A DNA stretch of 64,000 nucleotides from Phoronis australis. Taxonomy: Eukaryota > Animalia > Phoronida. The stretch's first letter is position 1, and every line of letters begins with the position of its first letter. The translations under genes and the position numbers were made by a program. This document shows positions 27,106 through 39,377 of this stretch, piece after piece. The notes beneath the pieces are model-generated. The model saw only the letters and a list, made by a program, of their open reading frames with translations, made no database searches and was not told where the DNA came from. The stretch lies in assembly GCA_002633005.1 (NCBI GenBank), contig NMRA01000397.1:183325-247324 (forward strand), written 5' to 3'.

Positions 27106-28770
27106 AACAAGAGCAACACGGAGCGCTGAAATGCACCCACGAATGCACTGCAACCTGTGTGTCGTAAAAATGGCCACTAGATGGTGCAAAATACTTTGAA
27201 TACATCAAAAAAACTGGAAAATGTCACCGTTTTATAACAGAAAGCTACTTACCACATTTCACAAAAATCCGTCAAGGAACTTTAGAGAAACAGAGGAAAA
27301 CGGAAAAAATGAAATTGCCACTAGGGGCAGAGCGATTGTCGGATCTGTCTGAAAGTTTTGTCTTCTGTTGTCAACTTCATATAAAAGCACTTGCTAAATT
27401 TAATAAAGATCTTGCAGAGGGCTTAGGAGATACAGCTAAGGCTGCAAAAGAATAAAACTGCCACTAGGATGCACCACAGTAACTGAAATCGGAAAATCAT
27501 TGTCAACTGCCCTCTTTACACTAAGAACATGGAATCCAATTTTCACAATCACCCTAAGAGTGGTTTGGTTGACAGAACGCGGTTGTCAAAAACAAACTAG
27601 AAAACAGTAACAATGGCCACTAGATGACGCAAAATACGTCGAATCCATCTGACAACCGGAAAATGTCATCGCTTCCTTAAAAGAAAGCTATTTACCAAAT
27701 TTCACGAAAATTCGTCCAGCAATTTTAGAGAAAAAGGAAAACAGAAAAAATGAAATAGCCACTAGGGGGCACAGTGGTCATCGGATCTGTCTGAAAGTCG
27801 TTGTCTTCCATTGTAAACTTCATATAAATGCACGTGCTAAATTTAATAAAAATCCTGCGAAGGGCTTGGTAGATACTGGTATGAGCGCTAAAAACAAAAC
27901 TGCCATTAGGAGGCACCACAGTGGTCAAAGTCATCAGAAAATCATCGTCAATCATCTTGTTCATAGTAAGAACATACACGCCAATTTTCACAATCATCCT
28001 TAAAGTGGTTTGGTTGACAGAGGGACAGACTCCAAAACAACAAAAATGACCACAAGGTGGCGCAAAATACCTTGAATCAATCCGAAAATGAATGGCTAGC
28101 ATCACCTTACTAATACATGCCAATCTCCCAAATTTTATAGAAATCCGTTGAGGACTTTTGAAGATACAGCGGTACACGTAAAAAACTAAAATTGCCACTA
28201 GGGAGCGCACCGGTAGTCCGATCTGTCTGAAAGTCTTTATTGTCCGTTATGCATTTGCATTTATATCAATTAAAATTTTTAGGAGAAACAGCCATGAGTG
28301 CAAAAACAAACAAAACTGCCACACTAGTCAAAGTCGTTGGAAAATCCTCATCAACTATCCTCTTCATAGTAAGAACATACAAGCCAATTTTCACAATCAT
28401 TCTTAGAGTGGTTTGGTTGACAGAAGGATGGACGCCAAAAACAAATTCGAAAATAGTAAAAATTGCTGCTAGATGGCATAAAATGCCTTAAATCCCTCCG
28501 AAAACGGAAAGATAGCGTCACCTCATTAATAGATGCCTCTGTGCCAAATTTCATGACAATCAGTTGAAGACTTTCTAAGATACAGAGGCAAACAAAAAAC
28601 TAAAATTCAGGTCAATCCAAAACTCGTCGCCCTCTGTCTTCAACCCCATAGGAACACACCTGCCAAATTTCAATAAGATCCTGCAAAGAGTTTAGGAGAT
28701 ACAGCCGCTGACGCCAGATGCCCAGAGATGATGGCAGTATGCACCCACATATAAATATGTGGGCACATAA
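27106..28770 (+). mobile_element. full-length HINE/Pearl(CvA)-like Helentron-associated element with ~145-bp tandem core array
   Basis: 5' aacaagagcaacacggagcgctgaaatgcaccc. About 11 monomers; motif starts at 27174, 27318, 27461, 27617, 27759, 27903, 28050, 28195. 3' hairpin cccacatat-aa-atatgtggg (28744-28763), ending in an A-run. This matches the established DINE-1/Pearl layout. Confidence 0.75.
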
Positions 28771-28893
28771 AACTAAAGCAAGCTGAAACATAACTTTCAA
28801 GCACCAGAGACAATAGCAAAAACTCAGCTCTTAAACCAAACTATTTAAAGGTTGGTTTACCAACTACAGTGACAACAATGTTTGTGGCAAGTA

Positions 28894-29941
28894 CTGTATT
28901 CACCTTAATAATCGCCCAGGATGCTTAGAAAAATTTGTTTTGGGGAGGTGCTTATTGTAGACTAGAGCGATTGAAACCCGATCTCTGAAACAAATTTACG
29001 CTCTGCGACTTATCTGTATCCTATGACAAACTTTCCACAAAATTGTGGTGCATTGCTATCAAATTTCGCTGTTAAATTACTACCCTTTTTCAGAAAATTG
29101 TGCGGAAATCCCAGGGCGAAAACTCGCCGACTGATGTGTCGCTGCCTCGCGATCGTCGATAGGGCAACTTGAATTCTTGAATAAAAAAAATTTCGACTCA
29201 ACAAATTACCTGAAATCCTACTTAAGTTTTCTAAATAGCGTCCCTTATATATTTAAGCTCCTGTGGAGTCAGGATTAACCGCAGATTTAGTCCAAACCTA
29301 CACTAGATCGCACCACACAACACGAGAAAAATATGGACGAACAGCTACGAACATACATGTTGTTGTCACGTAACGTTTGTTTTCAAATTCGTATGAATAT
29401 GTGTGCCGACTTAGCGAGCTTGTGCATGTCATCACAGTTCATTTGCTAGAGCGGCCGGCATGTATGTAGCGTGGGTTTCCTGGCCACACTGGTCACGTTT
29501 TTTATTAGTCTTCGATTCGCGGTTTTCACGTGTACAAAGAAATCTGGATTCCTGTTGAGGGAGAAGATCTGTACGGGAACGATACAATACGATCCAAGTA
29601 TGCTGTGTCTGTTTTGAAAGGCCAGAACATATCAGGACATGTCCCACGCAAGATCACCAAACTTTTGCATTCTTTTTGAAGCACGGCGGAAGTTTGAAGT
29701 GTACAGCCAACATCAACATAGCGGCGAGGCTCGTGGTCTACAAATTCCGTGCACAATGATTTTTTTAGGACTTTCGGATGTTATTGATAAATAGAAGACA
29801 TTACTGTAGAATTTTAGAACAGTTGATAAGGCATTTTTTGCATGTACATGGCGTTTATGGACTGGGCGCTTATTTTAGCAAAGTCTGAAAACGCTTGGGG
29901 GGTGCTTATAGGGTCTTGGGCGCTTATTAGGGTGAATACGA
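28894..29941 (+). mobile_element. Tc1/mariner(pogo)-like non-autonomous element with HIRAN-like remnant, copy A
   Basis: TA|CTGTATTCACCTTAATAATCGCCC ... GGGCGCTTATTAGGGTGAATACG TIRs. Internal frame SIRGFHVYKEIWIPVEGEDL...YAVSVLKGQNISGHVPRKITKL.../FFLKHGGSLKCT/GLQIPCTMIF at ~29509-29790. Confidence 0.8.
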
Positions 29942-30129
29942 AAACTGGAAATCTTGGGAGTCAGCATAATGACGAGTATCAGCGTTAACCCATACCGATA
30001 CTGTGGTTGTGCATGACAAATGGTTTTTCTTCAACTCTTTACATTAAGCATGCACATTGAAGTTTATATAAATATTGTACCAACAAAAGGACAACATCGT
30101 GTTTAGAAAGGACTAACTTGTACATTTAC

Positions 30130-30283
30130 CTATCTGGCTGACGAGCTGAATCACTTTTGATTTCCATCTCCTTTATCAGAGAAGCTACGACTTCCTCATG
30201 CTCATGCGCCACCAGGTGTAGATCCTGTCGTAGACAGTGGAGACCTGGCAGCATGGACTCTTTGATCAGTCGCTGACTGACAA
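30130..30283 (-). CDS. RELCH: RELCH/KIAA1468 orthologue, penultimate coding exon (154 bp)
   Basis: Acceptor ttttcaacag|, donor AG|gtaaat. Translates (F)VSQRLIKESMLPGLHCLRQDLHLVAHEHEEVVASLIKEMEIKSDSARQPD, matching the recalled human FISEDLMVNHFLPGLRCLRTDMEHLSPEHEVILSSMIKECEQK. Phases fit both neighbouring exons. Confidence 0.92.
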
Positions 30284-30423
30284 CTGTTGAAAATGTGGTT
30301 AAGGAAAAGTACTGACAACAAGGACAGTGACATCATAATATTAAGAAATGGTCAAATTGACATTAAATTACACTATAAACTGAGACTATGACACAAGATG
30401 CAAATATGCCAATCATTATTTAA

Positions 30424-32125
30424 AGGAGAATGCCACCCGATTTAATTAGTCTTTTTTATCATAACAATCAGTCTGTATCCACATCGCCTCTTATAGGGTC
30501 GACCTCACCTTACCAAGAGGTGTTGCATTAGCCTGTGAGGAAGTTGAGAAATGACGCAGCGACGTCAGTGGTTCGTCTGCAGAGTGAATGCCGCTATATT
30601 GCGGTGCATTGTTCCTGCTTGTCTTAACTATGAAGCTGCGAAGAAAGCGGGTGTATTGTTTTTTAGACTTCCTCGAGAGCCCGAAATGCTTAGGAAGTGG
30701 CTCAGGGTAGTGAATAACGAAAAGTACGCTGTTAATAGCTAGTATGAGGCCGTGAAACATCTCCATGTCTGTGGCTGGCATTTCGTCGACAGTGATTTCT
30801 CTGACGAATTGCGGCTTACCAAAGAACTATCAATACGTTCCGTTTTCCTGTGCATGTTCACGGCGCCTCTATAGTTGTTTTTGGTCAGTGTATTCCGGTT
30901 CGAACTGACAGCCTGTGAAACCTAACCGAACTGTGAAGTCTTCATCGGATGTGAGCTCTTGACTAAGTCGGGATTGGCGCCGGGCGAGTTGCCATGTAGA
31001 TGTTTATTATTGTGCGTTCTGTTTCAAAATGAATTGTTCTCATCCTAACCAATGCTTATACAAAACTGAAACAAAGTCTGTCTCATTAGATGAAATTTGT
31101 AATGCCTTTGCAGTATTCGTGAGTGCAAATGTTGAGAAGCCAGCAATGAATAAACCACTGCATTAGCGGCTTTTGATGCCGGCAACACAGGTAATTGACC
31201 GGGCACCGAGGCCGTGTGAGCGCATGCTAATTCAGTGTTTGCTGACAGAAAGCTGTTGTGAAACAATTACTCGATTTTATATGTTATGGTCACATGTTAG
31301 GGGAATCTTTATTTAGAAATACAAATACGTTATTCAAACAATTGTTACTCATTGTACAACCTTTGCCTTGATGGCCTGTGGAAGGGGAACCTGACTTCGC
31401 GCAGGCCCCCGACTAGTAAGTAGATTTTTAGTTTCGTGGATAATTCACATAAATAATTACGTGCATATCATTTCTTTAGCTCACTATTATAGTCTTTTCA
31501 TGACTGGAGGTTTAGTTTCCAACTCAAGCTGGTTTATGTTCGTGCCAGTCCCGGCGGTCGCGATGGGCCTGATCAGGTTCTGAGCCACTGGTTGGGATAA
31601 CGAGTCAGTCCGGCCGCGACGGGCCTGATCGGGTTCTGAACCACTGGCTGTTATAACAAGCATTTTGTGTGTTTAGAACTCAAAAATCACAAATCTAAAC
31701 AACACAGGTCAAGGTTCTCCTATCTGTATTTCACGGAAGAATACTTCGAATTTATCTCCAAACAAACCCCAAACTCCTGCTACGTGGACCTTGGTAAATT
31801 GGCCTGGCTGCAGTGTGTCCAAATACCAACTTCCGTAACAGCCAAATAAAACAACACATTTTTGTAAGAACTTGGTGTATTTTTAAGGGTTTTACATCGA
31901 ACTTTGACGATTTATTGGTGTTAAACGATGAATTCAAGCGATAAGCTGACACCAGTAACACGTGTTGTGAACTGCTGAACAGACTGCGTGTGAAACCTAT
32001 GACGTCACTGGATAATTTCAACACCTCCGTCTGCCGTCAGGTAACGCAACCGAACGTGCCGTTATGGAGTAGAACTACGATCGAAATTGATACAAAATAG
32101 GTTATTTTTTGGGTGGCATTCTCCT
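30424..32125 (+). mobile_element. Kolobok-type non-autonomous DNA transposon
   Basis: TTAA TSD (30420-30423, 32126-32129), TIR AGGAGAATGCCACCC / GGGTGGCATTCTCCT with RR termini, and a THAP remnant inside. All are established Kolobok features. Confidence 0.85.
30598..30830 (+). pseudogene. THAP zinc-finger remnant of the Kolobok transposase
   Basis: LRCIVPACLNY...FFRLPREPEMLRKWLRVV...*YEAVKHLHVCGWHFVDSDF: a C2CH THAP signature with conserved P, W and F, and an in-frame stop. Confidence 0.85.
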
Positions 32126-32989
32126 TTAAAGATTGTTACATAGCTTGTATAATTGTGAAATTGGAGATCTAAAACGTGACCTCCTCCAAAAGTATTAATC
32201 ATTATATTTACTGTTACCGGGAAGTCAATCTTGTGGAGTTATTTGAAAATCTTTCAATCCCAACTTTAGGTATACTAGCGTATCACTGCATAACATGAAA
32301 TACTGTCTAATCACCATTTACAGCTTAAGTAGCTACCAGGCACATGCTCTGAATGGTGAACTGAGGTTTAGGCAGGATCAAAGTAGACAAATGAAAACAG
32401 TTCAGTGTAATTTGTATTGACCAACATTATGGTCCACTCACAGACTCTGAAGCAATGTGCAAAAGCCACTGGTTCATTAAATGCTGGAAAATGACACATC
32501 ACAGGTGGCACAGACTTCCATGGTGAACCGAAGTACTACTGGTTGAAGAATTAAGAAACTGCAGCCATATACATTAGGCAAATCTTAACACTACCAGGAT
32601 TTGCACACAAGTAGACAAGAAAGCATGCATTGTTTACCCCAAAAGTATCCAGCGAAGTCATTGACACATCAAAGCTTTGATGGCGCTGTCACTGATTGAA
32701 GTGAGGAAGTCGCTATTCACGTGCTGGATGAGATAATTGTGGTCGTAAACCAACACGCCTGTTTAGGGTCGAGTTTCAAAAAATGGTCACATCTTGATTA
32801 TCAAAAGATTATTGTCAGTGTCGAAAATTCTCAATCGCTACAACTGATCTGGTAAAAAATCATGCCATAAAAGGGCAGAGCACTAGGCATTCACAAAATA
32901 GCAGGTCTTGTCTACTTATTCTTATGAAGAACATTCATGAGGTTTAGCAGAAATAAAGATAATCTCAAAACAATGTAATGAGCACAGCA

Positions 32990-33492
32990 CTTGTTGGAAT
33001 CTGCTCAAAACTGGCAGCTGACATCATAGCCAAAATGGAATGGTCACTAGGAAGTGCTGCAGTAGTCAAATCTGCAGTCAAATACCCGTCAAAGTTTCAC
33101 TGAAATCTACCAACTGCTTCTCTAGAATCATCCAGAAATACTGAAAAAAACTCTTGTCAAATCATGGCCGTTAGAGTGTGTGATGCAGTGAATGAACCCA
33201 TCCAAAAATCGACTGGTACCAATTGCATTATCGCCACCTTCCCCTGTGTCAAGTGTCATTGAAATCCATGTTCTCTAGACATTATCTGCGTGATGCTGTT
33301 TCCCCCCCTGAATAAACTAAAAAGTCCCACAACTCTGGCCCTGGGGTGTGGCATGCTGCGTTCTAGTCATGCCCTACATAACCGTTGTGCAAAATTACAT
33401 CACGATCCGACCAAGATCTTTTTGAGATATTGAGTGGACATCCGGACAGGATGATGACAATGTGCAACCACATATATGTCGGGATGTATAAC
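32990..33492 (+). mobile_element. old, diverged HINE-like copy
   Basis: Degenerate monomers (gtcactaggaagtgc, aagtttcactgaaatc) and 3' end ggacatccggacagg...gcaaccacatatatgtcgggatgtataa. Confidence 0.5.
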
Positions 33493-34184
33493 AATTATAT
33501 TATTTAGTGCTGATTCAGTCTCGCAGTCCCTTCATAAAACCACAGGAGGTAAAAATTACTCTTTTGTTATCAGATAAATATTCGTGAAATTGGAACGAAA
33601 TTTAGAATACTTTTTAAACATGAGTTGTGGAAAAAATCTTTTAGTAGCATACATGGTGCGTTGCTCTGTACTGAGCTCTGGACTGTTTTAACAAAAACTA
33701 AGAAACTAAAATGGATCCAAAGATTTCAGGAAGGTGAATCCACTGGACATAGCATTTGGAAGTCTAAAACGAACGGTTTCCTAAATGTTATGTAGGACCC
33801 TAAAAACTTCCAATTTTGGCTAACTTCCGAACATCATGTCTAAGAAATGGCTGATCAGATTCACATGAAACATTCAGAAACTATGCTTTGTGCACAGTTA
33901 GGAATTGCTTAAAAAACATTTCACTATTGCACGAGGGGCATATCAAAATAGGACTTTTATGATTGTCATGAAACAAAGGAAAAGTTACATAAAACAAAAC
34001 AATTTAGAAAACAATAACAGTGTTTCTGAAAATTCATCTTGAATATTTACATTAACTAAATTCAGTTATTTATTGCAATCAGTATGTCTTTCAATTTTGC
34101 TAAATTTTACTAAAAGACATGGTCACGTGACCCAATTCATGGCACATTGATAAAAACTCAAGTCATGTCTTCAACCAGAAAATT

Positions 34185-34402
34185 CATGCACGCACCCAGC
34201 CTTTAATATGGGGGGCTCAAATTGCTGGCGACGTGGACCTTTTGCTGACAAAAAAGCGGGAGGACTAAAAAAAAAACGAAGTACCACCTTCACTACTGTG
34301 CGTCTACGCTTTTTTAGTGGACTTCTGTCTCGTTTTCTCGGATTTTTTGTTTCTCTGAGGCAGACCTTTTTGCCCACTTCGCCAAAGCTGGGTGCGCGCA
34401 TG
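34185..34402. mobile_element. MITE
   Basis: TIR CATGCACGCACCCAGC / GCTGGGTGCGCGCATG, with AAATT directly repeated at both flanks. Confidence 0.85.
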
Positions 34403-34667
34403 AAATTATACTGAATTATTTAGGTTCGTAGATATTGAAATACACAGATTAGCCATCATAGTCCTAGTACATAACTTTAATATCACACAAACCTAGGGAC
34501 AGTGTCATTATTGCGACACAGTTTGCTTGTTCGTCATCACAGACAATTCATTAGATTTTACAGTCCTCCTCACTGCAGCAAACGTGGAATAGCATCTTTA
34601 AAGGAAATAAAACAAAGATGCCTCCATTGCTACACATTGTGACAGCAGAAACTGATGCAAAGGATAC

Positions 34668-34784
34668 AGCAACACGAAAGAGCACTGTAAGCTTCAAACA
34701 AGTGTAAGGCTACATCTTGTTTCTTGGTCTCATTATCACAGTGGTTGTTCGTAGCTGCAATGATAGCCAGCCTCGGCAGAATAA
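34668..34784 (-). CDS. RELCH: RELCH/KIAA1468 orthologue, antepenultimate coding exon (117 bp)
   Basis: Acceptor cttttattttgtag|, donor |gtatccttt. Translates (F)ILPRLAIIAATNNHCDNETKKQDVALHLFEAYSALSCC, matching the recalled human FVIPHLHKLALVNNLQIVDSKRLDIATHLFEAYSALSCC. Confidence 0.93.
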
Positions 34785-35083
34785 CTACAAAATAAAAGAA
34801 CAGTGGCATAAGTTATAAACAAATTTTGCATTGTTGGATACACAATTTCTTCTAGTAAAAATGTCACAGTAAAAATATTGCAGTTTTCTCTGATTTCCAC
34901 CAAATTAGCAGCAGAATACAACAATAACAAAGATGGTTTTTCCCCGCCGTCTTGCTAAAAACACCAAGGAACTGTTAGCGTAACTGCAACATCTTAGCAC
35001 CTGGCAAATTTTCACTAGCAAAACGTGAGTGCTGTAACCAGACTTAATGTGAATGAGACAAGAGAGGTTACAGACTACAACAT

Positions 35084-36770
35084 ACAAGAGCAACACGGAG
35101 CACTGAAACGCATCCACGACTGCACCGCAAACAGTGTGCTTTTAGGGGTTGTATTTAGTACCCTAAAAATGGCCATTAGATGGCTCAGAATACATTGAAC
35201 CATACAAAAATGGGAAGCTGTCTTCATCTCTAAGCTATTTGCCAAAATCATGAAACTCCATCTAAAAACTCCAAAGATACCAACATAAAGCAAATTGCCA
35301 TTAGGAACCACAGGCACAGATTCAAAATATGCACTAGGAGGCATCACAGATAAGTCGGTGCATTTAAAAAATTATCGTCAGAAAGCACAATTATGACAAA
35401 TTTCATAGGACTCAAATATAATAAAAGCAGCCACTAGGAGGTGTGTACTATGTCAAATCCATCTGAAAATGGAAAGATGTCATTGCTAATAAAACTGGAT
35501 ATCGAAGAAAACAGAAAAAAATTATCAAAGGTCCTACAGAGGGTTTAGGAGATATAGACACTGACACAAAAAACTACTACTAGGAGGAGTCAGTGTAGTT
35601 ACAGCTGTCTGAAGATAATCATAAGCAATCCTTTTCTCAGTAGAAACGTGTGAAATTTCATTATCATCCTTACAGTCGTTTGGTGAATAAATGGAGCACA
35701 TGGCAAAAAACAGGATTGTGAATAGTAAAAAATGGCTACCAGATGGCGCAAAATATGTTAAAATCCTTTTGAAAAGGGGAACACCTCATCGTTTCTTTAA
35801 CAAAAACCTATTTGCCATATTGCATAAAAATCCGCCCAGGAACACCAAAGAAACACAGGAAAATGGAAAAAACTAAATTGTCACCAGAGGGCATAGCATT
35901 TGTTGCATCTGTGCGAAAGTCATCACTGTCCGTTGTCAAATTCATGTAAACACTTTTGCTAAATTTAATAAAGATCATGCAGTGGGTTTAGAAGATATAG
36001 CTATTGGCGGGGAAAAAACTACCNACTACTACTAGGAGGAGTCAGTGTAGTTACAGCTGTCTGAAGATAATCATAAGCAATCCTTTTCTCAGTAGAAACG
36101 TGTGAAATTTCATTATCATCCTTACAGTCGTTTGGTGAATAAATGGAGCACATGGCAAAAAACAGAATCGTGAATAGTAAAAAATGGCTACCAGATGGCG
36201 CAAAATATGTTAAAATCCTTTTGAAAAGGGGAACACCTCATCGTTTCTTTAACAAAAACCTATTTGCCATATTGCATAAAAATCCGCCCAGGAACACCAA
36301 AGAAACACAGGAAAACGGAAAAAACTAAATTGTCACCAGAGGGCATAGCGTTTGTTGCATCTGTGCGAAAGTCATCACTGTCCGTTGTCAAATTCATGTA
36401 AACACTCTTGCTAAATTTAATAAAGATCATGCAGTGGGTTTAGGAGACATAGCTATTGGTGGGGAAAAACTGCCACTAGGAGGTGCCACAGTAGTCAAAG
36501 TCATTGGAAAATTATCGTCAACTGTCTTCTTCACACTAAGAAAGTATATGCCAATTTTCACAATCATCCTTGGGGCGAACGTCAAAAAGCAGACTCGAAA
36601 ACAGTAAACATGGCCACTAGGTGTTACAAAATACCTTGAATCCAACGGAAAATGGATACCTATGTGCCAAATATGAAAATCCATTGCGGTTCTTTGAAGA
36701 TGCAGAGGTATAAGTAACAAAAAATAAAACTGCAACTGGAGGACACACCAATTGTTGGATCTGTCCGAGT
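35084..36770 (+). mobile_element. HINE/Pearl-like element copy (includes a 452-bp duplication across the N at 36024)
   Basis: 5' acaagagcaacacggagcactgaaacgcatcc; CCACTAG-type monomers throughout; 35572-36023 is nearly identical to 36025-36475. Confidence 0.75.
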
Positions 36771-37766
36771 TATAAACTCTGTGAGCGTTCACCACAATGT
36801 TAGAAGCCTTTGAAAAACAAAAAAAGGTATATATGGATATTATTCTTGTCCAAAATTGGTGAGACATTACCATAAGAGACAAACTGTATTGATTCTAGAT
36901 AAGAATTATCATCTTATTAATACTATCTTTCAACAGCGTTTTGCCAAACTCATCAGTTACTAGGTAATCTTACATAATACAAGCCAAAAGTGTTCAACTA
37001 TGATATATGTCAGTTTCGGTGATGTACTTAATATTTATCCTGGACCTGATATCATAATTGTTCATTGATCTATATATGATAATGAAATAGAAATGACGCG
37101 TGTCCCCTGACCATTGCTATCAGTTAATCTGAACTAAGCACAAATGCCAAACCAGCAATGAAGTGCTGATTAGTTAGAGTGCATCAGTTGATGAATGTCT
37201 GTTCATCCAGAAGAGTTTGTTCTGTGATGGACAGCTTACGCAAAACAATGTGGACAATCATTAATATATAATTACCCATGCTATCTGGGATTATCTGGGA
37301 TACTGATCATTCTTGTTCCTCAGAACAAAAATAGAATTTGATTTGACAAAACAAAGAACAGTGCAGAAAATTTCTACTCTCGGGAAACTTATTTCAATCA
37401 GCAAATCAAACAACAAAGCACCAAGGTTCCAGCCTAGAAAAACATCACATCTTTTTTGAAATGAAGTTTAGTAGATTTTTCTAAAGAAATTGTTTTTCTT
37501 ATGCAGTTGTTATGAACTTTACATGACAGGATTTTATATTCAATCTATTTTATTGATATTAGCTAAATAGTAGATTCATGGGAAGAGATATAATAAAATG
37601 TGCCTGATGTCCGCAACTTTATATATGATTAGCTTTGTTTCGAAAGTAGCAAACCTAAAAACCTTGTGTGAGACATTTTTTCTGAAAAATGGGAGAATTT
37701 TATTGTATTTATGGGCTCAATGTAACATGATTCTTAAAAAAGTCAACAGAGAGACAGATATTGAAA

Positions 37767-38200
37767 TAAGAGCAATGCAGAACACTGAAATGTCCTCATC
37801 CACTGCACCACAAACGGTATGCTTCCAAGGGTGTTAATGATACATAAAATTGGACTAATAGGGTTAAAGCTGGAAATACACTGGTGTTGGGGCATTCCAG
37901 CCTTTACACCGCTCCGTCAAGGTTCATCAAAAAAACTATCAAACCATTTTGACAATAATCTAAGAACAGGAAATATCAAGAGTCCAAATGGCTAACAGGG
38001 GGTGTCATGGAAGTCTAAATTCTGTCTGATAATCCACTGGTGTCGCCAGATCACAGTCATAAACCCTCGAGTCAAGTTTCATAAAGTGTCAAGGCACTAA
38101 CTGTGACAATAATCAATGAACCAGCAATTTCTTGACAAGAGCTATAATGACCAGCAGGGGCAGCTACAATAGTCGAATCCACCTACATATATGTGAGGGC
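37767..38200 (+). mobile_element. diverged HINE-like copy
   Basis: Starts ataagagcaatgcagaacactgaaatgtcc; degenerate monomers. Confidence 0.5.
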
Positions 38201-38543
38201 CAACTGACACCTCACTATTCACTAGGTCATGCTCAGTACATGAAATGGCACTTTAATTGTGACAAATCAACTTGTAGAGCTTGACCTCAAGCAGTAATGA
38301 ACTGTCAGATGTTTCGAAGCCCAGAAATAATCTAATATTTGATTACAAGCTAAAATCCTAGACCAATTTCATAATAGTAAGTAATCTTAATCAAAAGTTG
38401 TTTTTTGTGATGGAATGTGGTTTTGTAAGAGCTTCAACCATTATAAAACTCATCTCACCTTGAATAACTAAATATTTATAGGCTTGTGAAGAACATACAG
38501 TTCATAATTGTTCAAGTTCTCATTGCTCCAGGCCATTCTTGTG

Positions 38544-39377
38544 GGATTGTTCTGAAACCCCCTCAACCCCCACACCCCTCAACCCATGACCCCTTCGATC
38601 CACAACCCACTGGACCCACGACCTGTGGCAATAGAGGTATCTGTGCACTTTTTACATATTTCATAATCTTATTACGTCACAAGGTAACTTTCCCATAAGA
38701 CATACCTACATGTGAGTCTGCTCTGGCTGAAGTCTGGTAATTAAAAACAGAAATTGGCGTGAGAACGCTGCTGGTCTAGAATAGTGCATTGTGAGAGTGC
38801 TATTGTTGTCACGGAAATAGTTCCACAAGCGGCTATCAATGGCTCAGTTCTAATAAACTTAGGGAGAGAGCACGTTAACGTGAATATACATAATTTCATA
38901 TTTTTATTATTTGCCTTATATTGTATATTCGTTTATAATATACTCCATATAACATTACAATACTTTTTAGTTAAGAGTTTGTTTTTTCAAACTGTATTTA
39001 CTGGTGACATTACACTGTTGGTTCCTCGCACTCTTTGCAAAAATTTGAATTTGCAATTCACTGAAGAGCAGACGAGATGATCACACTCTGCCGGGAACGA
39101 CATTTGTAACGTTGGTAAGTCTTTGATTTGATTGTGTTTTTTTCTGATTTTGGATTTCAAACGTGCCAAATCGACTGCCTAAATTGCAAGAAAACAGTGA
39201 AAAGCCAGCCGAGCCCACGGCCCAATTCACTGGTCTTACAAACCGATGCTTGTTCTATGTTCAGATTGATTCGAGCTTGTGTAGACTGGGTCAATGGTGT
39301 TGTGGGTCATGGGAGTTGTGGAGGTCATGAGTTGAGGGGAGTGGGTCGAGGAGGTCGAGGGGGTTTCAGAACAATCC
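38544..39377. mobile_element. MITE with 9-bp TSD (Mutator/MULE- or Merlin-like)
   Basis: TIR GGATTGTTCTGAAACCCCCTC / GAGGGGGTTTCAGAACAATCC; exact TSD ATTCTTGTG at 38535-38543 and 39378-39386. Confidence 0.9.

Larger units (their letters stand above)
30284..34667 (-). other. U12-type (minor spliceosome) GT-AG intron of RELCH
   Basis: 5' splice site GTATCCTTT (34667-34659). Branch site TTTTCCTTAAC (30308-30298) lies about 14 nt from the AG at 30285-30284. Both match the U11/U12 consensus. Confidence 0.9.

Noticed and set aside
27106-28770. Regularly spaced repeats resembling a CRISPR array
   Set aside because: The spacers are homologous to each other, the period is ~145 bp, there are no cas genes, and the context is eukaryotic and intronic.
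35691-36328. Two identical 61-aa ORFs suggesting a duplicated small gene
   Set aside because: Both lie in HINE repeat sequence duplicated across N36024.
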